DNA of 64,000 nt from Nitrospirota bacterium (GTDB lineage Bacteria; Nitrospirota; UBA9217): NCBI GenBank assembly GCA_963732675.1, contig CAVTAJ010000013.1, forward strand, positions 34,137 through 98,136. Reading direction: 5' to 3'. The notes under the pieces were generated by a model. The model saw only the letters and a list, made by a program, of their open reading frames with translations, was not told the DNA's origin and made no database searches. This document shows, piece after piece, positions 1 through 9,653 of the stretch. A program made the translations under genes and the position numbers. Numbering within the stretch: the stretch's first letter is position 1; each line of letters opens with the position of its first letter.

Positions 1-328
1 TGGCAGAAAATAGGCCCGGTATGCTTTTCGAAGTCCCTCGTCCTTGAGGTAGGCTGCGGGAAGGCCTTCACGCTCCCGGGTGAGCAGCGTTGAAAGCCTT
101 GCCACATCAGCTGCAAGGGAGCGCAGCTCATCGTGCGATAGTTCCGGCGATATGTTCATGGATTGATCTGTTGCTCAGAGTGAAAATATATAGTGGAATT
201 GACCGACAAAATACAGAACAAAAAAAGCGGCATGCCGATTATTTGACAGGTCGCCTTGCGGGAAGAACCATGCACGACCTATTTCCGCTCGTAATCATTG
301 TGCAGCCGGCCATAGCCACCTGGTCGGA

Positions 329-808
329 CTACTCAACAATGGTGACTGCCACGCCGCTCCCCTGGGCAACGATCTTGCTCGAAACGCTGCCGATCAGCGG
401 GTGTTTTCCCGAGGTGATGCTGCGCCGGCCCACCACGATCGTCAGATAGCCGCCGTCCTTTGCTTCTTCGAGAATGCTCTCGGCCACGTCCGTTGAATCG
501 GAGAGTGACTTCGTCGTTATTTGCTGGGGCTTCATGCCTTTGCCGGTCAGTATATCAATGGCCTTCTTGAACGCCGGCGCCATCTTGGCCTTCCTGTCGG
601 CGATCCACTTGTCCACGACCTTTTTCCGGTCCTGCTTCTCTCCCTCCGACAGGATGTGGCCTTCATCCCAGAATATGGCCGGCAGGTTCGGCAGCACGTG
701 CACCAGCTCCACCTCAAGGTCCGCGGCCCCGGCGAACTGCTGTGCCACGTACTCGACGGCCTTGGTTGCATTCGGTGAATCGTCGATCGCTATAAGCATC
801 TTCTTCAT
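329..808 (-). CDS. Universal stress protein (UspA family)
   Basis: 159-aa ORF. N-terminus MKKMLIAIDDS and C-terminal GRRSITSGKHPLIGSVSSKIV (G-x2-G-x9-G-S type ATP motif) are typical of the Usp domain. Confidence 0.85.
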   Translation of the reverse strand: MKKMLIAIDDSPNATKAVEYVAQQFAGAADLEVELVHVLPNLPAIFWDEGHILSEGEKQDRKKVVDKWIADRKAKMAPAFKKAIDILTGKGMKPQQITTKSLSDSTDVAESILEEAKDGGYLTIVVGRRSITSGKHPLIGSVSSKIVAQGSGVAVTIVE

Positions 809-1024
809 GGCTTGCCTCCCAAAAGGACATCCGCTTCTATTTCATTTATAGCATACTTTTGGAAAAGATGGATTCTCTTTTTTCATCCTCTCAAGGGAGG
901 ATGAAAGCACCCCCACCTCAATTATCTCTCCTCAGAGGAAGGCGGAGTGAGGGGGTAGTGATGAAAGAGCAAAATAAAAAGGGGATGATATATTCCTCAT
1001 CCCCATTGTTGATCTCTATTGTCC

Positions 1025-2137
1025 TTACTTTGCCTTCGCCTTCACCGGCTCATACGTACAGAACGGCTCGGCGGCAAGATAGTCGCCCGAGATCGCGAAT
1101 GCCCGCGCGCGGCACCCGCCGCAAACCTTGCGGTACTCGCAGATGCCGCACTTGCCATGGTAATGGTCGAGGTCGCGCATCTCCTTGAAGAGCGTCGACT
1201 CGTTCCAGATCTTCGAGAAAGGCTCCTTGGTGATGTCCCCTGCCTCTTCTTCGAGAAACCCGCAGATCTGCACCTTGCCCACGTGGGAAACGAAGGCGAA
1301 GCTCTGGCCGCCCATGCAGCCCTTGGTCATGGCGTCGAACCCGTGGGACTCAGGAGTGACGGTCTTGCCTTTCTCTTTTTCTCCCTGGCGGAATATGCGG
1401 TAGTAGTGCGGAGCGCAGGTGGGCTTGAACTGGATCGGCACCTTGTCGCGCATCTCGTAGAACCACTTGAGCGTGCTCTCGTATTCCGCGGGCGGGATCT
1501 CCTGGTCGATCAGATCCTTGCCGCGGCCCGTAGGTACGAGCAGGAACGGATGGTACGCAACTGCGCCCAGTCCGATCACCATCTCGAGGAGCTTCGGCAG
1601 GTCCTTCACATTATGTTTCGTGATGGTGGTGTTCACCTGGAACTCCATGCCGACCTTCTTGAAGTTCTCGATGGCCTTCATCACGCTCTCGAACGCGCCT
1701 TCCACCCGCCGGAAATTATTGTGCTGCTCCGCGGTCAGGCCGTCGATCGAGAGCGACACGCGCATGATGCCGGAGTCCTTCATCTTCTGAGCCAGCTCCT
1801 CGGTCACCAAAAGGCCGCAGGGCGCCATGACCATGCGCAGACCGAGCTTGGTCCCGTGCTTGGCGATATCGTAGATGTCGGCGCGCATCATGGGTTCGCC
1901 GCCTGTCAGGATGATGATGGGGTCGCTGAAGGACTTGACGTCATCGAGGAACTTGTACGCGTCCTCGGTCGAGAGCTCGCCCGGGTAGGGGCCGTACCTG
2001 GCCGCGGCGCGGCAGTGGACGCAGTTCAGGACGCAGCTGCGGGTCACCTCCCAGGCGATCAGCCGTGGGAGGTATTTTTTTTCGCCGCCGGGATGGCCGT
2101 GGCCATGGGGCGCTTTCATGGTATGGGGATGGGTCAT
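1025..2137 (-). CDS. Radical SAM/SPASM-domain enzyme, NirJ/AhbC/AhbD-like
   Basis: CX3CX2C motif SCVLNCVHC near the N-terminus. Cys-rich C-terminal region CGICEYRKVCGGCRARA (SPASM-like). Unusual His-rich N-terminal tail MTHPHTMKAPHGHGHPG. Confidence 0.8.
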   Translation of the reverse strand: MTHPHTMKAPHGHGHPGGEKKYLPRLIAWEVTRSCVLNCVHCRAAARYGPYPGELSTEDAYKFLDDVKSFSDPIIILTGGEPMMRADIYDIAKHGTKLGLRMVMAPCGLLVTEELAQKMKDSGIMRVSLSIDGLTAEQHNNFRRVEGAFESVMKAIENFKKVGMEFQVNTTITKHNVKDLPKLLEMVIGLGAVAYHPFLLVPTGRGKDLIDQEIPPAEYESTLKWFYEMRDKVPIQFKPTCAPHYYRIFRQGEKEKGKTVTPESHGFDAMTKGCMGGQSFAFVSHVGKVQICGFLEEEAGDITKEPFSKIWNESTLFKEMRDLDHYHGKCGICEYRKVCGGCRARAFAISGDYLAAEPFCTYEPVKAKAK

Positions 2138-2669
2138 GAAGACTCCTTACACAATCTGTTCAAAGTTCAGAAACCATAGATCAGATCAATATCGAATGAC
2201 AAAAATCAAGGGGAAGACAGATATTTTACTTTTTGACATATGAATTTCTTTTGAACTTTGAGCGTTGTCATTTGAAATTTCGCTGCGCTTTTGCAGTCGT
2301 ATATTAACCAATCAGGGGGTAATAGTCAACTCCCAATAGCCCTTCTCAATAGCCCCTCATAGTCCTCTTGATTTCGTTAAAGCTCAGCATGTTTAAATGT
2401 GAGTCTATCAAAGACGTTGGGTTTTTACGCCACGATACCACCTAAGTAGCAATCATGACCATTACTGCCGTTTGTATCCGTCTTTTATCATGTATCATTG
2501 ACATCTTGATTCATTATCCTTTTTTCCAACAACCGGTCAAGGCAGGTGATATACTTTAAGCAGATAGTTCATTTGGAAAGGAGGCATGATGCGAAGTACA
2601 CTGGTAGAAAGCAGACGTGAAGAACGGGAGTTACAACCTGTCTGAGAAGATGGATACAAGAAAGAGGTG

Positions 2670-2962
2670 ATGGTCATGAAAGAGGAATCCACAAATAGGA
2701 AATATTCCATCCTGATGCCGGTCAGTGATGGGCAGTGCAGTAGGGGCAGGTATAATGCTCCTGCTGGCGCCAAAAACGGGAAAGGAAATCAGGAAAGATC
2801 TGAAACGGTTCGCAGCGAACACGCGGGACCAGGTTGCCGAAGTCATTGATGAGGGCAGGGATCTCTACGAAGAAGGCAGGGATGTTGTTGCCGGAGCCGT
2901 AAAGGCCGGCAAGGAAACGTACGACGAAGGAACGGAAAGGGCTCGAGAATGCTCATGCATAA
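2670..2962 (+). CDS. YtxH-domain membrane protein, paralog 1 (reading frame interrupted)
   Basis: GSAVGAGIMLLLAPKTGKEIRKDLKR plus charged helices match YtxH-type proteins. The N-terminus MKEESTNRKYSILMPVSDG lies in another frame, with a break at GGG ~2730. A natural stop TAA 2960-2962 just before the next RBS needs a second 1-nt correction at GGG ~2938. The uncorrected ORF is 2725..3171. Confidence 0.55.
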
Positions 2963-2978
2963 AAAGGAGCGTTCGCTC

Positions 2979-3171
2979 ATGGCGCCGATCCTGGCGAGCG
3001 GCATCATCGGGGCGGGCGTTGCGCTCCTGCTGGTGTCGAAATCGGGAAAGGAGGTCAGGGGAGACCTTAAGCGGATCGCCACGAACACGCGGGACAAGAT
3101 CGTTTCCGCCATTGACAAGGGCAGGGCACCTTACATGGAGGGGAGAAAAGGCCATACCTGAAGCCGTGTAA
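2979..3171 (+). CDS. YtxH-domain membrane protein, paralog 2 (frame switch near the C-terminus)
   Basis: RBS AAAGGAG 2962-2968 precedes ATG 2979. MAPILASGIIGAGVALLLVSKSGKEVRGDLKRIATNTRD parallels paralog 1. At GGGG ~3143 the paralog-like reading continues in another frame (MEG|EKAIPEAV, stop 3169-3171). The ORF-track version is 2949..3161. Confidence 0.55.
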
Positions 3172-3310
3172 GCAGGCAAAAAAGCGTACGTCCATAAGAA
3201 AGTGAAGTTCCGCATGCGGCATAGCGGCAAGTATTATTAAGAGCGTCTTCCGGCATAAGGCGTACGCTTAATGATCCATGAAGCGTGTTGCGGGCGGCTT
3301 ATTCGTTAAC

Positions 3311-3342
3311 AAGGCATTGGCATGAAGGCTGATGCCTTTTTT
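3311..3342 (+). terminator. Rho-independent terminator after the YtxH genes
   Basis: Stem AAGGCAT (3311-3317) / ATGCCTT (3332-3338) followed by a T-run. Confidence 0.55.
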
Positions 3343-3622
3343 GTTGGAATGCAAGGTTTGAGGTATCGAGGGAACCTGTCTGGCCGGACTCCGGAATTGA
3401 CATTCACCCTCCCGGAAGGTCAAAGGATCACCTTTACGCTTTTTAACCCCGCGGCCTGATCCCGGTATTCGTTCCGCGTTCTCGTCCTTGAACTCCAGCA
3501 GTTCTTCGATTTCAGTGAAAATCCTGGCAATCTGCCGGTTTTTCATCATGCTCCCTCTGCCCGCCCTTTTCAAAAGGCAGGACGTTCCCTGGTCGCGATG
3601 TGCTCCTTGCCTGCCGCATACG

Positions 3623-3652
3623 AAAAAAAGCCCCCCGCTTGCGCGAAGGGCT
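3623..3652 (-). terminator. Rho-independent terminator after sodC
   Basis: On the minus strand: AGCCCTTCGC-GCAA-GCGGGGGGCT (10-bp stem including two G-U pairs, GCAA loop) followed by T7. Confidence 0.6.
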
Positions 3653-3677
3653 TCCTCAAATACCGTATTGCTGCCAG

Positions 3678-4205
3678 CTATTTTATGACACCGCAGGCAA
3701 TCCTGCCTCCGCCACCCCCGAGTTTTTCCGGAACGTCGGCGTAGTTGTCTCCCCCCGCATGGATCATGAGTGAACGGCCTTTCACATCCCCGGTCTTCAG
3801 GCGCGGCGCGACCACCGTTTCCATCGCCTTGCCGTCGGCCCCGACTGTCAGAACGGGCAGGTCGCCCAGATGGCCCTTGCCGGCGGGGCCTTCATGCTTG
3901 CCCACGCTTGCGGGGTCGTAGTGGCCTCCGGCTGCAAACCCCGGCGCCGGCTTGCCGTCCTTCAGCCCGGCCGCGCACTCGGGTTTCTCATGGATATGAA
4001 ACCCGTGGTTGCCGGGCGTCAATCCGCTGAGGGCCGGAGCGAGCTTGAGCCCTTGAGGCGTGTCCGTCAGGGTGACGGTCCCGATCGAGGCCCCCACCCC
4101 CTGATCGCTGATCAGGTTCATCTGGACCACGATCTGTTCGGCCGATGCGGAGCCGGCCAGTACCAGCAAAGCGGTAATCATAAATACATACACTGCGGAT
4201 CTCAT
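3678..4205 (-). CDS. sodC: Periplasmic Cu,Zn superoxide dismutase
   Basis: Signal peptide MRSAVYVFMITALLVLAGSASA. Cu/Zn-SOD signatures GFHIHEKPEC, GGHYDP, GHLGDLP and HAGGDNY...GGGGGRIACGVI. Confidence 0.9.
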   Translation of the reverse strand: MRSAVYVFMITALLVLAGSASAEQIVVQMNLISDQGVGASIGTVTLTDTPQGLKLAPALSGLTPGNHGFHIHEKPECAAGLKDGKPAPGFAAGGHYDPASVGKHEGPAGKGHLGDLPVLTVGADGKAMETVVAPRLKTGDVKGRSLMIHAGGDNYADVPEKLGGGGGRIACGVIK

Positions 4206-4375
4206 GGAAAAACCTCCTTTGAAAGAATGTTCGACCGCATCAGGAGCCGGTCGTTTTATGGATCAATTATATCAGAAAACCCCGGGGATGGGATGAAGCG
4301 GTTGGATTATTTCACGCATCCAGATATGACCGATAACCCTCTCGAACTACCGCTGTGCAACGGGAACGGGTGACC

Positions 4376-5235
4376 TTAAGCTTTTCTGCGCTCAAGTTCT
4401 GCAATGATCTGGGCCCCCAGCAAAATAATAACAGCTATCGCTTCTAAACTGAGCAGGGCCACCACTGACGTAGCAAAAGAACCGTAGATTACATTTACCG
4501 CAGAGAGGACTGAGTAATACCAGACCAACACACGGCGGGTGATCTCCCATAAAACCGTCGCGATCGTCCCTCCCAAAAGAGCGTGCCGGAACGTGATGCG
4601 CACCGCGGGCATGACCAGATAGAAGGAAGTCAGCAGCAATACCTCGCCGAGTATCCCGATCAAATACAGCGCATACAAATGACGTGCCCTCTAGGTCGAG
4701 ACCCCATCCAAATATGACTAACTGCCTGCCGTTGTGTGTCTCTATGGCACCCGCAATAAACGACACCAGCAGGATACCCAGGCCGATTAAAAAGATATAT
4801 ACGTAGGGAATAATGAGGGACAGGAGAAAGTGACGGTGTTGAGTTCTGAAACGATGAAAAAATATCACTGACATGGCGCTTTCGAGCACGGTAAAGGTTA
4901 TGGAACCGAAAAAGAGCATGGCCAGAAATACAAAACTCCCGACCGACGTGCCGTGTTCAAGAAACATCTGCACTTGTTCTGTCAATGTAGCTGCATAGCC
5001 CGGTATCATCATTCCTATATATGTCGACAAGGTGTAAAATAACTGGCCCTTCTCGATAAAATGTGACAGCACAATGAGGGCGAGGAGCGACAGGGGCACA
5101 ATTGACAGCAGGGTATAATAGGCGATAGCGCCGGCCAGCAAGAGACCCTGATTGCGTCTGAAATCATGCAATACACTGATCAGGAAACCAACGAGCCGGT
5201 CTGAGGAGCAAATATATATTTTTATGCTTTTTCAT
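4376..5235 (-). CDS. YihY/BrkB-family membrane protein (two frame breaks)
   Basis: Pieces MKKHKNIY.. (ATG 5235), ..DRLVGFLISVLHDFRRNQGLLLAGAIAYYTLLSIVP.. (4392..5171) and the C-terminal ..YGSFATSVVALLSLEAIAVIILLGAQIIAELERR (4376..4678) join into one YihY-like protein. Breaks lie near 5200 and 4690. Confidence 0.7.
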
Positions 5236-5512
5236 TGCAGGGATAAAGGAGCTAAAGATAAAAAGTAATTTGATGTGGGCATGATCAAGGAGAGAGAGCC
5301 GGCCCTCTCTGCTCTTGTCCGCTCTGTGAGAAGAACGCCTATTTACCCCGTCAGAGAAAGCCGCCGATTTCTGTCGGCGGTACGTATCATTCATCAGATT
5401 GTGGTTCAAAGCCACAATCTCATATCGTTCGACAAAGAAGTTCTCTAACGGGATTTACCGCTCTCCAGGACCTTTTTTAAATTATAGCAGAAGATCCGCG
5501 AAGGGGTGCGTG

Positions 5513-6767
5513 TCATTCCTCCGGCTCAGGCGTTCTATCGTTCGTGGCCCGGCTGTTTCCACGGGCATATCCGGTCATTCCCATCATCAATCGCACCAAA
5601 CCATAACTGAGCCAGCTCATGAACCGGAAATAAGCGGGCTGCTGTTTCCAGTTGTCCTTCAAGATCCGCCGGCCGTCAGTCTCCATGGTCTGTTTCAGGC
5701 TTGTGGTCAGGGTCACGCCAAATTCTTCGTCGTCAACGACAACATTCGCTTCGCGTGAAAGCAGCAGGCTGTACGGATCGATATTCGAAGACCCCACCGT
5801 CGCCCAATGCCCGTCGATCACCGCCACTTTGGCGTGCAGGAAGCTCTTGCGGTACTCGTAAATTTCAATTCCCGCCATCGAGGAGATTGCCGTAGAGCGC
5901 CCGCGAGGCATAATGCTGGAGAAAATATTCCACCCTCCCCTGCAGCAGCAAAACCACCCGTACGCCGCGCCCGGCCGCATTGATAAGCGCATGACGAAAA
6001 TCAAGTCCCGGCAAAAAGTAGGCATGGGCGAGAATGATCTCGGATTCCGCCTGCTCGATCGCCCGCATATACGCCGCTTCAATGTCCCGGCGATGTCGGA
6101 AATTGTCCCGCACCAGGAATGCCGCGCTCATGCGCCCCCCGGTGGAGGTTGAACCAGGCAGGGCCCCGCCCCGGATCGTCCCTTTGCGGAAATAATTCCA
6201 CGCCACCATTGACCACAGGCGCCGGGCGGAAAGGCGGATCACGTCCACCAGCGGCCCTTCCACGGCTACTGCGTAGTCGTAGCGAGGGGGCATGTCGCCC
6301 GTCGTTTCCCTGTCATCAATAATGTTGATCCCCCCGACAAAGGCGATCTCCCGGTCCACGACCGCGATTTTCCGGTGCATCCGGCGCAGGCGCTTGCGCC
6401 GAAACGTCCAGGGGGATATCTTGGGCCGGTAGATGAGCGCCTTCACACCGTCCGCCCGCAGGCGGTCCAGCATGCTCCGCGGCAGGTCCTTGGACCCGTA
6501 GCCGTCGATCAGCACATAGGTGTTTACACCGCGCAGGGCAGCCCGCTTCAACGCGTCCGCAATCCGTTGTCCGGTGGCGTCATTTTCGTAAATATACGTT
6601 TCAAGATAAATTTCATGCCTTGCCCGGTCGAACGCCGCTTCGATGGCGGGGAAATAGGCTTCTCCGTTCTGTAATAGGGTAACCTGATTGCCCGGAATAA
6701 AGCGGGACAAGCTCGCGGGTAAGACAGCTTGATGCAAACTATGGCGATGTCGTTTCCCGTGGGACAT
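5513..6767 (-). CDS. Phospholipase D-family cardiolipin synthase (ClsB-like), one frame break
   Basis: Two HKD motifs: MHRKIAVVDREIAFVGGINI and FLHAKVAVIDGHWATVGSSNID. ORFs 5865..6767 and 5513..6082 join at ~5875 (..ALYGNLLD|AGIEIYEY) if one G is removed from GGCGGG. Confidence 0.8.
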
Positions 6768-6827
6768 AACACTTACCTGTCTCTTTGATAGTTATGAGAG
6801 TGCAAGCTTTCGATGGGAGAGTTCAAA

Positions 6828-7730
6828 TCATATTGATGCGATCCCCAGATACTTCATCGGGTTGTCCGCCGCAAACTTGATCGCCCGCTCCTGCGGCACG
6901 CCGAGCGTGATCAGGTTCTTCACCGCATCCGCCAGCGCAATGCCGCTCCCCATAAGAGTGCCGCCAGCGCCCCGGATAGGGCCGCTTCCCCACTTCGGCC
7001 CTTTGACCGAATCCGAGATGAGGATGATCTTGTCAGGCGATTTCATATCTAAAAGCATTTTGAGGCTCTGCGGGTGCAGGTGGGCCATGTCCGCGATGAC
7101 CTCCACATGGATGTCCTCGTCCATGAGCCCGAACCCGGCAAGCCCCGGTTCCCGGTGGTGGAAACCGCGCATGGCATTGAACACGTGGGTGATGCCGGTG
7201 GCGCCGGCGCGTTTGCCCTCCTCGGCCTGTTCAAAGGACGCATCGCTGTGGCCCATGTGAACAAGGAACCCTTTTTCGCGGCAAAGCTCGATCACCCGGA
7301 GCGCGCCCGGAAGCTCCGGGGCAATGGTGATGATCTTGATGAGGTCCTCGAAGTCCTCGACAAGCCGCGAGAGCGTATCCACTGACGGCTCAACAAAGTT
7401 TTTTCCGTCCATAGAGGCCGCTCGCTCGGGATTCAGGAACGGCCCTTCAAGATGGACACCGAGGATCCGGGCGCCTTCGCGCTGTACATCCATGGCGCGC
7501 CGCACCGCGGCCATGTTCTCGCGCATGGCCTCGATGGTGCCGGGATAGATGGTTGGAAGGATTGCCGATGTTCTGTGATTCCCGTGAATTTCTGCCATCC
7601 GGAGGATATCATCCTGCCGCCGCGTCCGCGTGTCGTAATCACCCGCGCCGTGCACATGGATGTCGATCAGATACTGTTTGTTCCCGACTGCGTAGGCCAT
7701 GGGGACCTCACGTGATAGAGCACTATGCAA
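6828..7730 (-). CDS. Amidohydrolase, N-acetylglucosamine-6-phosphate deacetylase (NagA)-like
   Basis: Metal-binding IDIHVHG, HLEGPFLNP, GHSDAS, THVFNAM and a C-terminal NPMKYLGI-type tail as in NagA. It is shorter than a typical NagA, and the start may be M11 (7700). Confidence 0.7.
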   Translation of the reverse strand: MHSALSREVPMAYAVGNKQYLIDIHVHGAGDYDTRTRRQDDILRMAEIHGNHRTSAILPTIYPGTIEAMRENMAAVRRAMDVQREGARILGVHLEGPFLNPERAASMDGKNFVEPSVDTLSRLVEDFEDLIKIITIAPELPGALRVIELCREKGFLVHMGHSDASFEQAEEGKRAGATGITHVFNAMRGFHHREPGLAGFGLMDEDIHVEVIADMAHLHPQSLKMLLDMKSPDKIILISDSVKGPKWGSGPIRGAGGTLMGSGIALADAVKNLITLGVPQERAIKFAADNPMKYLGIASI

Positions 7731-7806
7731 AATGAAAAGGCAAAGGGCAAAATCCTGCTTCTTTATTTTGAACTTTGCACGTTGAAATCCGTAATTAGAA
7801 TTGATT

Positions 7807-8049
7807 CTACGTGATCTTCCCCCGCCGCGAGAAAAATTCGCTCAGGGCAAGCCGCACCACGGCCCCGCGGTCCCAGGGCTGTTTCAGCTCCTTCGTGAGT
7901 TCTGCAGCCACCTCATCCAGCGCCGGGATATGTTCATCCTCAAGCTGGATCGTGACCTCCACCAGTCCGTGCTCGTGCTCCTCGTGCTCATCATGTCCGT
8001 GTCCGCAGTGTTCATCGTGCTTGTGTGCATGATCGTGCTTGTCGTCCAT
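7807..8049 (-). CDS. Histidine-rich small protein with ribbon-helix-helix-like C-terminal half
   Basis: MDDKHDHAHKHDEHCGHGHDEHEEHEHG has 10 His in the first 28 residues. It is followed by VEVTIQLEDEHIPALDEVAAEL...AVVRLALSEFF (beta-strand then two helices). The ORF track extends to 8085, but that extension overlaps an upstream repeat. Confidence 0.5.
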   Translation of the reverse strand: MDDKHDHAHKHDEHCGHGHDEHEEHEHGLVEVTIQLEDEHIPALDEVAAELTKELKQPWDRGAVVRLALSEFFSRRGKIT

Positions 8050-8204
8050 ACGATACCTCAAAAAATGCCAACGTTCAAAGCTCAAATACGGGACAGATAG
8101 AAAACAAAATAAATTTCAGCGAACCGTTGATCATTGTCGTTTCATTTGACATTTGGATTTTGATATTTTAACGTCTCTGTACTTCCTTGTCTCCGCGGCA
8201 AACA

Positions 8205-9203
8205 TCACAATAACACCCTCATCATCACCGGCATCGTAAAGAACAGCGCCACGGTCGAGACCGTGATGCATGCGGCCGCGAGCGGCACATCCAGCTCGAA
8301 CTCGTCGGCGATCACGAGCGAAAGCACCATCACCGGCATCGCGCCCTCAATGGTGGTCGCCTTGAGCACCCCGGCCGTCATCCCGAGCCGCGAACCGATC
8401 CACCACGCCAGGGCCGGGGCAAGCACCAGTTTGATCGCGAGCGCGGGTACGGCTATCAGAAGCCGCTTCACATCATGGAAATCGAGTGCCAGACCCACAG
8501 TGAAGATCATGATCGGGACCACCGCCCTGCCCATGAGCCCAACAGCATCCTGTACCGGCTGCGGTACTGCGACCCCGGCGAATCGGACTGCTATACCCGC
8601 GGCCACCCCCCAGAGCGGCGGGAGCAGGAACACGCGCTTGAGCGATGCTCCGATGGACACGGCCTTGCCGCTCCCATACCGCGCGGCGATGAACACCCCG
8701 ATCGTCAGCAGGATCGGTGTTGACGCGAGCAGATCGTAAAGGACCGCCACATAGCCATACTGCTCGCCGAGCATCTCGGTGATGACCGGAAGCCCCAGAT
8801 ACATCACGTTGCCGAACGCTGCGGAGATGATCATGATCCCGACAGCGGGACGAGGTATATCCTTGAACCACGGCAGCAGCCGATAGGCCGCATATCCGGC
8901 CGCGATGGACGCCAGGACGACGATTGCCCCGGTCAGCGGGATGGATATGAAGCTCCGGTCGCTCGGGGCGCTCACCATCAGGCCAAAGGCCAGCGCGGGA
9001 ATGAAGAAATTGAACACCGCCACGCTCAGCGCATGACGCACCCGGTTGCGGTCAAGCCCGCCGGGGTTGAAGAACCTCCACGCGTACCCCGCCGCGATGA
9101 TCAGACCGAATGAGTACAGGACCTTGTTGATACCAGCTCCTAACCGTTCATAATTACAAGTCTCTGCCGTGTCCGGGAACGTCACCGGAAACCACATGAA
9201 CAT
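8205..9203 (-). CDS. AEC-family (auxin efflux carrier-like) membrane transporter
   Basis: 332-aa polytopic protein with about 10 hydrophobic segments in two halves, and AEC-like composition and size. No sharper motif recognised. Confidence 0.65.
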   Translation of the reverse strand: MFMWFPVTFPDTAETCNYERLGAGINKVLYSFGLIIAAGYAWRFFNPGGLDRNRVRHALSVAVFNFFIPALAFGLMVSAPSDRSFISIPLTGAIVVLASIAAGYAAYRLLPWFKDIPRPAVGIMIISAAFGNVMYLGLPVITEMLGEQYGYVAVLYDLLASTPILLTIGVFIAARYGSGKAVSIGASLKRVFLLPPLWGVAAGIAVRFAGVAVPQPVQDAVGLMGRAVVPIMIFTVGLALDFHDVKRLLIAVPALAIKLVLAPALAWWIGSRLGMTAGVLKATTIEGAMPVMVLSLVIADEFELDVPLAAACITVSTVALFFTMPVMMRVLL

Positions 9204-9364
9204 TTTACCTGCTTTTAAAAAAAGATACCAGCAAATGTTTCTGCGTTGGACGCCATGAAGTATACGGATGTCTTTGACAAATGCGCTCTCCCTGACCTAT
9301 AATAGCGGACGAGAAAGGGGACCCAGGGTCCCGGTTATCCAATTCATTGTGCGGAGGTCAAAGA

Positions 9365-9611
9365 ATGTACCAGACATGGATCGCAGTAATCGCCGTGCTT
9401 ATCATGGCAGGAGGATTGGGGGGCATCTACTATCTCATCATCAAGCAGAACGCGGTGATCGGGGCCAAGACCATACAGTTCGTGGCCGTTATTTTCTCCT
9501 TCCCGCTGATGATCGTCCTTGGCATTGACAAACATCCTCGGCAGGGAGACCATCGGCCCGCTTCTCGGCGTCTTAGTGGGATATGTTTTATCGGGATCCT
9601 GGAAGGAGTAG
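9365..9611 (+). CDS. Small membrane protein (one frame break)
   Basis: RBS GGAGG 9351-9355 and ATG 9365. MYQTWIAVIAVLIMAGGLGGIYYLII..FVAVIFSFPLMIVLG continues sensibly only in another frame (..NILGRETIGPLLGVLVGYVLSGSWKE, stop 9609-9611). Break near 9525. Confidence 0.45.
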
Positions 9612-9653
9612 GGGATCGCTTGGCTATGTGCCGGGCTACTACCTCGGCAGGCA

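Noticed and set aside
1019-2179. 386-aa plus-strand ORF covering the whole radical SAM gene
   Set aside because: It is the mirror-frame ORF of a GC-rich gene. It has an Arg/Ala/Leu-rich low-information composition and no recognisable motif, whereas the minus-strand product has clear radical SAM/SPASM signatures.
3268-3573. 101-aa minus-strand ORF whose N-terminus (MKNRQIARIFTEIEELLEFKDEN) resembles the first helix-hairpin-helix of PolX-type polymerases
   Set aside because: Only about 25-45 residues look meaningful and the remainder runs through a plus-strand terminator hairpin (3311-3342). At best it is a gene remnant, and it cannot be supported as a functional CDS.
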